A program made the position numbers and the translations under genes. This document shows positions 59,533 to 64,000 of a stretch of 64,000 bases of DNA, piece by piece; position 1 is the first letter of the stretch; every line of letters begins with the position of its first letter. Origin of the DNA: an uncultured Gammaproteobacteria bacterium (GTDB taxonomy: Bacteria > Patescibacteriota > Microgenomatia > JAMCZE01); contig CAZSSJ010000002.1 in NCBI GenBank assembly GCA_964609775.1, forward strand, positions 19,260 through 83,259. Reading direction: 5' to 3'. Under the pieces are notes generated by a model. It saw nothing but the letters and a program-made list of their open reading frames with translations, was not told the origin of the DNA and made no database searches.

Positions 59533-60258
59533 ATGGCTTTGGAAAAGCAAGACCTAACGCTGCTCCTTAGATTAAGAAAACAATATCCCGAAGGAAAAAA
59601 TCTGTGTATTTTAGGCGATTGCACTTTTCATTTTACCGATGAAACACTCAATCGAAAGTGTGGAATTAAATTTAAAGGGCAAGCAAAACAGACGACTTTA
59701 AAGTCTTTTAGCCAAGCCTATGGCTTCGAAACAGCGGTGACTATAGATATTGACGGCAATCCAACCCTTAAATTCGATTTACAAAAGAAGCTCCCTCGGA
59801 ATTTGATCGGAAAATTTGATTGGGTTATTGATGCTGGCACGTTATTCTGGTGTTTTGATATTGCCGGGATTTGGGAAAATATCCTCCTGCTTCTTAAGCC
59901 TCACGGTTGTGTGTTTCACATTGATGCCTTAACCGGCTATTTTGGCCGGGGTTATTATTCTTTGCATCCACGGTTGTTTAGCGATTTCTATAGCCAGAAT
60001 GGCCTAAAAATTATTACGTTCGCTTACCGTCTCAGGCCACCATCCCTTAATATTATCGAAAAAAGGTTCCGGAGACTTGAGTGGCAACCTTTTCCGCCAA
60101 GCCACATGTTTTTAAAAAATGCGGATAAATTTAATATGGAATTTTCTGATAAAAACACCACGGACCCGTCAATTGTGCCAAATGATGCCGTTTTGGCCTG
60201 TTTCGCGGTAAGGGCGAAAAAAGTGCCTTTCCAAACCGTTTTACCGTCAAATATTTAA
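59533..60258 (+). CDS. hypothetical protein (possible degenerate methyltransferase fold)
   Basis: ORF with good coding appearance. LCILGDCTF...DWVIDAGTLFW pattern loosely resembles the MTase motif I/post-I region. No firm assignment. Confidence 0.4.
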   Translation: MALEKQDLTLLLRLRKQYPEGKNLCILGDCTFHFTDETLNRKCGIKFKGQAKQTTLKSFSQAYGFETAVTIDIDGNPTLKFDLQKKLPRNLIGKFDWVIDAGTLFWCFDIAGIWENILLLLKPHGCVFHIDALTGYFGRGYYSLHPRLFSDFYSQNGLKIITFAYRLRPPSLNIIEKRFRRLEWQPFPPSHMFLKNADKFNMEFSDKNTTDPSIVPNDAVLACFAVRAKKVPFQTVLPSNI

Positions 60259-60276
60259 TTACTTGAGTTAATACCT

Positions 60277-60915
60277 GTGCCAAATAACGCCGATATTCTT
60301 ATTGTTGTAGCTCACCCGGACGACGAGTCCTTATGGTTTGGCGAAGGAATTCACCAGCTGGTAGCTAGGGGCAAAAATATAATTGTCCTTTGCCTCTCAG
60401 GTGGATCAAATCCAATCCGAAGCGCCGAATTTAAAAAAGCCTGCTTAAGACTCAAAGTTAAAGGCAAGATGCTGAACAATCCTGATCGAGGGATGCCGCG
60501 TTTGCAGACTAGCCCAAGTGACCTAGATTTGGTCGATTGGCATCCCGAATATGTGATAACTCATGCACCGTGGGGAAATGAACGACATCATCCCCACCAC
60601 CAACAGTGCTTTCAAATCTCCCGGTCATGGGCTTTAAAAGGGGGAATTCCGTTTGGTTATTTCTCGGAAAAAAAACCTCTCATTCTGAATCCTTTAATAG
60701 AAACGATCGAGTTTTCAGTCAACCGTCCGAGGAAAAACGCCCTTTTGTCCATCTATGATTCAGAAATTTCCGGACTTCGCGACTACGAAGCCTACCACCA
60801 CGACAAGGAATATCTAATTATCGAGCGAAAATATTTTTCCCGCATTTCCAAGATATTCACTAGGCTTTGCCAAACCTTAAGTTCTATTTTCGAATCGCGA
60901 GGACCACGAACGTGA
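60277..60915 (+). CDS. PIG-L/LmbE-family N-acetylglucosaminyl deacetylase
   Basis: GTG start. ILIVVAHPDDESLWFG is the AHPDDE zinc-binding motif. HPHHQQ appears downstream. Confidence 0.8.
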   Translation: MPNNADILIVVAHPDDESLWFGEGIHQLVARGKNIIVLCLSGGSNPIRSAEFKKACLRLKVKGKMLNNPDRGMPRLQTSPSDLDLVDWHPEYVITHAPWGNERHHPHHQQCFQISRSWALKGGIPFGYFSEKKPLILNPLIETIEFSVNRPRKNALLSIYDSEISGLRDYEAYHHDKEYLIIERKYFSRISKIFTRLCQTLSSIFESRGPRT

Positions 60916-60966
60916 GTTCGAGGCGTTGCGAGAGAAAAGAAACTGGCGAAGCCAAAACGAAAGAGA

Positions 60967-60986
60967 CCTCGGGCGTAAGCCCGAGG
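60967..60986 (+). terminator. GC-rich hairpin (8-bp stem CCTCGGGC/GCCCGAGG with GTAA tetraloop) in a 96-nt intergenic spacer. Possible terminator or RNA structural element.
   Basis: Perfect inverted repeat cctcgggc-gtaa-gcccgagg. The downstream U-tract is weak (aguuuc), so intrinsic-terminator status is uncertain. Confidence 0.3.
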
Positions 60987-61011
60987 AGTTTCATACAATT
61001 AAAATAATCAG

Positions 61012-62154
61012 ATGCCGTGCATATTAAAAAAACTGGCAAGGAAAAGTCCGGGTATAGTCACTTTTACTCATAACGAAGCCCTATATGGTTTACCGGCGAG
61101 ATCGCGTAAGGTTAAAAACTACATTACCCAAACCTCTGGGAAAAGATGGATTTATGGCGTTCATCTTCAGGGCAGCTTGAAACATCTGAAGGAGTGGCCA
61201 CTTGAGCCCTGGCAAGCATTCATTTCTTGGTCGAACCCAAAGTCCCCATTTCTGTCAAATGTCCCCACCGAAAAACTAATTGATATTAATCACATTAATC
61301 TTCTACCCGAATTTGGGTTTACCCCACGCCCTAAGATTTGGGACATCATCATTATTTCTCGGCCATCAAAAATTAAAAGAATTCAGGAATCAGTTTTCAT
61401 CATTAAAAAATTAATGTTGAAAAGACCTGAGTTAAAAACAATTTTTATCGTTCCAACTCCCAGTCGGCAAGCCAAAGACATTGACCGGAGTTTTTTTGAA
61501 TTGCCCAAAAGGTTATTTTCTACTAAAGAGATGAAAAATACATCATTTATTGTTTCACCGACTGAAAGTTTCGGAAATTTTCCCGTTTCCTCAGAACTAA
61601 TATCAAAATTGATTTCACAGTCAAAATTTTTACTGTTAACTTCTCACCGTGAAGGTGGGCCACGGGCGATTGGCGAAGCGCTTCTGGCGGGAACACCCTG
61701 CATTATATCTAAAAATTTAGACACGGGAATCGTGGGCGTTTTTGACAATAAAAATACTCTCACAATCGACGACAATATCGATCTAGCCACGCAGCAAATT
61801 AATCAAGGCTTGCAAAATTACTCTTCATTTAAAATTGATGATAAAAAAATCTGCCGCTTTTTCAGTGAGCGGCATAATAAGCCAATATTTAAAGCCAAAT
61901 TATCAAAACTACTAACACAAATGAGTTACCAGGTGGCGGGAGAATGGTATCTTGAAGATTTGTCTTTTCGGCTCTGCGGTCACGGTCGAAAATTCAGTTT
62001 TCAATCCCTGGACGACGACCGACAATTCTTTTTTTGGTTTGATAAGATTACTTCAGTAAATCCATATGATGAAGATGGTCTGATTTATCACCCCGAATCA
62101 TTATCAGACTATGCTCTTCGGAAACTAAAAAGGTTATGGCAGACAAGACGCTGA
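61012..62154 (+). CDS. GT4-like (GT-B fold) glycosyltransferase, divergent
   Basis: C-terminal SHREGGPRAIGEALLAGTPCIISKNLDTGIV aligns with the GT4 E-x7-E region. The N-terminal half is unassigned. Confidence 0.6.
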   Translation: MPCILKKLARKSPGIVTFTHNEALYGLPARSRKVKNYITQTSGKRWIYGVHLQGSLKHLKEWPLEPWQAFISWSNPKSPFLSNVPTEKLIDINHINLLPEFGFTPRPKIWDIIIISRPSKIKRIQESVFIIKKLMLKRPELKTIFIVPTPSRQAKDIDRSFFELPKRLFSTKEMKNTSFIVSPTESFGNFPVSSELISKLISQSKFLLLTSHREGGPRAIGEALLAGTPCIISKNLDTGIVGVFDNKNTLTIDDNIDLATQQINQGLQNYSSFKIDDKKICRFFSERHNKPIFKAKLSKLLTQMSYQVAGEWYLEDLSFRLCGHGRKFSFQSLDDDRQFFFWFDKITSVNPYDEDGLIYHPESLSDYALRKLKRLWQTRR

Positions 62155-63015
62155 TATTTTTTCTCCTCATGATTCCTGGCACCCTGCTCCTCGGAATCAA
62201 TGACGTTCTTGCTCGAAAGATTCTTCGTTCCGGGGTGGCCGACAGTCTTCTTGTGGGGCTAATGTTCTTGGCCTCGGGAGTTCTTGGCCTTGCCCTTTTA
62301 TCTCTTTTTGGTCTTCCGGAAATAAAAAATGGCTTTTGGCTGGTTTTTTCGGGAACTGTAATTCTCAATGTTTTTGGTCAGGTGGCTTGGTACCGAGCCT
62401 TCAAACTCGAGAGGTATCTTTACTTTCTCCACTGTGCCTCTTGACCCCGCCCCTCGTCATTTTCACCGGCTCCTCCTTCTTCACGAACAGCCAACACTTG
62501 CCGGTGTCAGCGGGATCCTGATTACCACACTGGGTTTGTTAGTCCTCCTCCAGCCGGATCTTTTATCAACAGAGCTAAAAATAAAAGCTGTTGTCTTGAG
62601 AAAAGGCGTGGTCTACGGCATTATCGGCGCCATCCTATTTTCCTTTTCTTTTCCCTTGGACAAAATCACCATATCAAAACCTTCAGGTCTCGTTTTGGCA
62701 GCTGGAATGAGTACGGCCGTCGGTCTAACGACCCTTCTCTACAGCCTTGTGACGAGCAGTGGACAGCGTGCTAATCCTCATCTTCTCATCAAAGAAAAAA
62801 CCCTCATATTTCTAATCATCACTATCTTTGCTGGCACCGTGCTCGTTTCCCAAGCCCTCCTCTACGCTCCCGTGGCCAACGCCGCCAGTGTTAAAAGGCT
62901 CTGGTCCCTCTGGGCTGTGATCTTGGGCGGGAAGTTTCTCCACGAGAGTCACATCAAAGAAAAAATTATTGCCACAGTCATTATGGCCTTGGGGATTTTT
63001 CTGCTCTCAGTTTAG
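62136..63015 (+). pseudogene. EamA/DMT-family transporter disrupted by two -1 frameshifts (near 62425 and 62480)
   Basis: Frame A (62136..62444) encodes TM1-3, ending ...GQVAWYRAFKLE. Frame C encodes VSLLSPLCLLTPPLVIFTGSSFF (TM4). Frame B (62368..63015) continues with HEQPTLAGVSGILITTLGLLVLL and a second EamA half. Together the three frames rebuild a canonical 10-TM EamA protein. Confidence 0.5.
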
Positions 63016-63588
63016 GGGTAGGGAAGTTGGGTCAACTCTTTTAGCCTGAAGTAATAAATTACAAAAATCTCGTACCGCGCCGCTACCAGCCTCCCGTGAT
63101 GCTGTGAAATGGGCGATGTCCTTGATAATCTTCTCCGCTCCGGCAGGGCAAGCCGCCAGACCGACCTTTTTCATCACTGGGTAATCGCCCAAATCATCGC
63201 CCATAAACGCACATTCATCCCAAGCAAGACCCAGTTTTTTCAGCCAATTTCCAACGACCTTGACTTTCCCTTCTCCCGCCGCCTGGACAAAAACGTCTAC
63301 TTTAGGCCACTTGCCGGATTTAGCCGAAGGCAAACTGTTTAATTTTTCAGCGAATTTTGGCAAGAAATTGTCGCCCGTTGCAGTGACAAAGCAGATTCTC
63401 AGGCCTATCCCGCGCAGAAGCGAAATCCCCTGGCCATCAACATGGCTTCTAACGCGTTGGACTTCACCCTTTTCGGAGTCAAACCAGACGGTCGCCGAAA
63501 AAAGGACCCCGAGCGACCCAAAGCCGGCCGCTTTAATTTTTTTAGCTTGAGCTAGAACCTTACTCTTTTGTGTCTTTCTTTTTACCAT
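63007..63588 (-). CDS. KdsC/YrbI-family HAD (IIIA) sugar-phosphate phosphatase homolog with non-canonical motif I
   Basis: GDDLGDYPVMKKVGLAACPAGA and GSGAVRDFCNLLL match KdsC (GDDLIDWPVMEKVGL / GGRGAVREVCDLLL). Motif III Lys is present. The nucleophile motif DVDGVL is replaced by GSLGVL. Confidence 0.7.
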   Translation of the reverse strand: MVKRKTQKSKVLAQAKKIKAAGFGSLGVLFSATVWFDSEKGEVQRVRSHVDGQGISLLRGIGLRICFVTATGDNFLPKFAEKLNSLPSAKSGKWPKVDVFVQAAGEGKVKVVGNWLKKLGLAWDECAFMGDDLGDYPVMKKVGLAACPAGAEKIIKDIAHFTASREAGSGAVRDFCNLLLQAKRVDPTSLPLN

Positions 63589-64000
63589 TGTTAAGTTGTT
63601 TTTTTAAAAAGCTTTCGGCTAAAGACCAGTCGGCCGGTTCGTCAATGTCAATCGCCTTTTCTTCCGGCATGACATAGACACCAATTTTACCACCCAAGCG
63701 ATTTTTATAAGTCTCTAAGACTTCTTTCTTCGTCAGGTAAAACGCCCCATTTTCATTGACCACGCCTTCAAATTCCTGTCGTCTGGGACGATGCAAGTAG
63801 TCATAGTTTAGCGGCTTGCCGTCTAGTGTCCAGTAGAACTTTTTGTACAGTATTCCAGTTAGCATTGAATCCCAGCCATTTTCAAAGAACAATTCAATCG
63901 CCTGGTCCAAATCCTCGCTGGTCGTAAATGGCGATGTGGCCTGAATCAGATTTAAAACGTTAAAATCCTTTATGAGTGTCGCAAAATGGAGCATTACCGA
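63560..64000 (-). CDS. acylneuraminate / nonulosonate cytidylyltransferase family (NeuA/KdsB-like), C-terminal part (N-terminus beyond window end)
   Basis: ATSPFTTSEDLDQAI...NYDYLHRPRRQEFEGVVNENGAFYLTKKEVL...GGKIGVYVMPEEKAIDIDEPADWSLAE fits the CTP_transf_3 C-terminal pattern. Overlaps the KdsC-like gene by 29 nt. Confidence 0.7.
   Translation of the reverse strand, partial: SVMLHFATLIKDFNVLNLIQATSPFTTSEDLDQAIELFFENGWDSMLTGILYKKFYWTLDGKPLNYDYLHRPRRQEFEGVVNENGAFYLTKKEVLETYKNRLGGKIGVYVMPEEKAIDIDEPADWSLAESFLKKQLNNGKKKDTKE

Noticed and set aside
62336-62521. 61-aa ORF MAGFFGN... as an independent small gene
   Set aside because: It is the middle reading frame carrying TM4 of the frameshifted EamA transporter, not a separate gene.
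1-64000. Mobile elements, integrases, transposases, tRNA or rRNA genes
   Set aside because: No transposase or integrase-like ORFs, inverted terminal repeats or cloverleaf-compatible sequences were seen. All sizeable ORFs are accounted for by glycan-biosynthesis functions.

Overview
This window is almost entirely coding, with 55 predicted genes and gaps of a few nucleotides or overlapping stop/start codons (ATGA, GTGA, TAATG) between most of them. It is essentially one giant glycan-biosynthesis supercluster. Plus-strand genes run from 1 to 34478 and from 35326 to 63015. A lone minus-strand PaaX-like regulator gene (34475..35122) separates the two blocks. The window ends with two minus-strand genes, a KdsC-family phosphatase and a partial NeuA-like cytidylyltransferase. 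About 21 genes encode large polytopic membrane proteins of GT-C-like families: eight GT39/PMT_2/ArnT-like paralogs, four YfhO-family paralogs (three in tandem), three paralogs of a YfhO-related family with an H-D...H...R...GQFP-RW motif, a PIG-V-like protein, a GT87/DUF2029-like protein and several unassigned ones. Interleaved with them are four DPM1/GtrB-like polyprenol-phosphate-sugar synthases (GT2), three WaaE/KdtX-like GT2s, one further GT2, about ten GT4 glycosyltransferases, four class I methyltransferases, a Wzx-like flippase, a Wzm/Wzt ABC exporter with a Wzt C-terminal carbohydrate-binding domain, an acyltransferase-3 O-acyltransferase, a PIG-L/LmbE deacetylase, an enolase-superfamily enzyme and a frameshifted EamA transporter. 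I saw no rRNA, tRNA, CRISPR array or recognisable mobile element. Shine-Dalgarno sequences are weak or absent at most starts. The gene content and the massive tandem expansion of GT39 and YfhO paralogs are consistent with a Patescibacteria/CPR-like genome, but the taxon cannot be proven from sequence alone. The main candidate novel system is a lipid-linked-donor-dependent, extracytoplasmic glycosylation / lipoglycan assembly line. It resembles the GPI or PIM pathway: DPM1-like synthases, many GT-C enzymes, PIG-L-like and PIG-V-like components and GT4s. It is coupled to an ABC-exported, methyl-capped glycan pathway and a nonulosonic-acid activation module.
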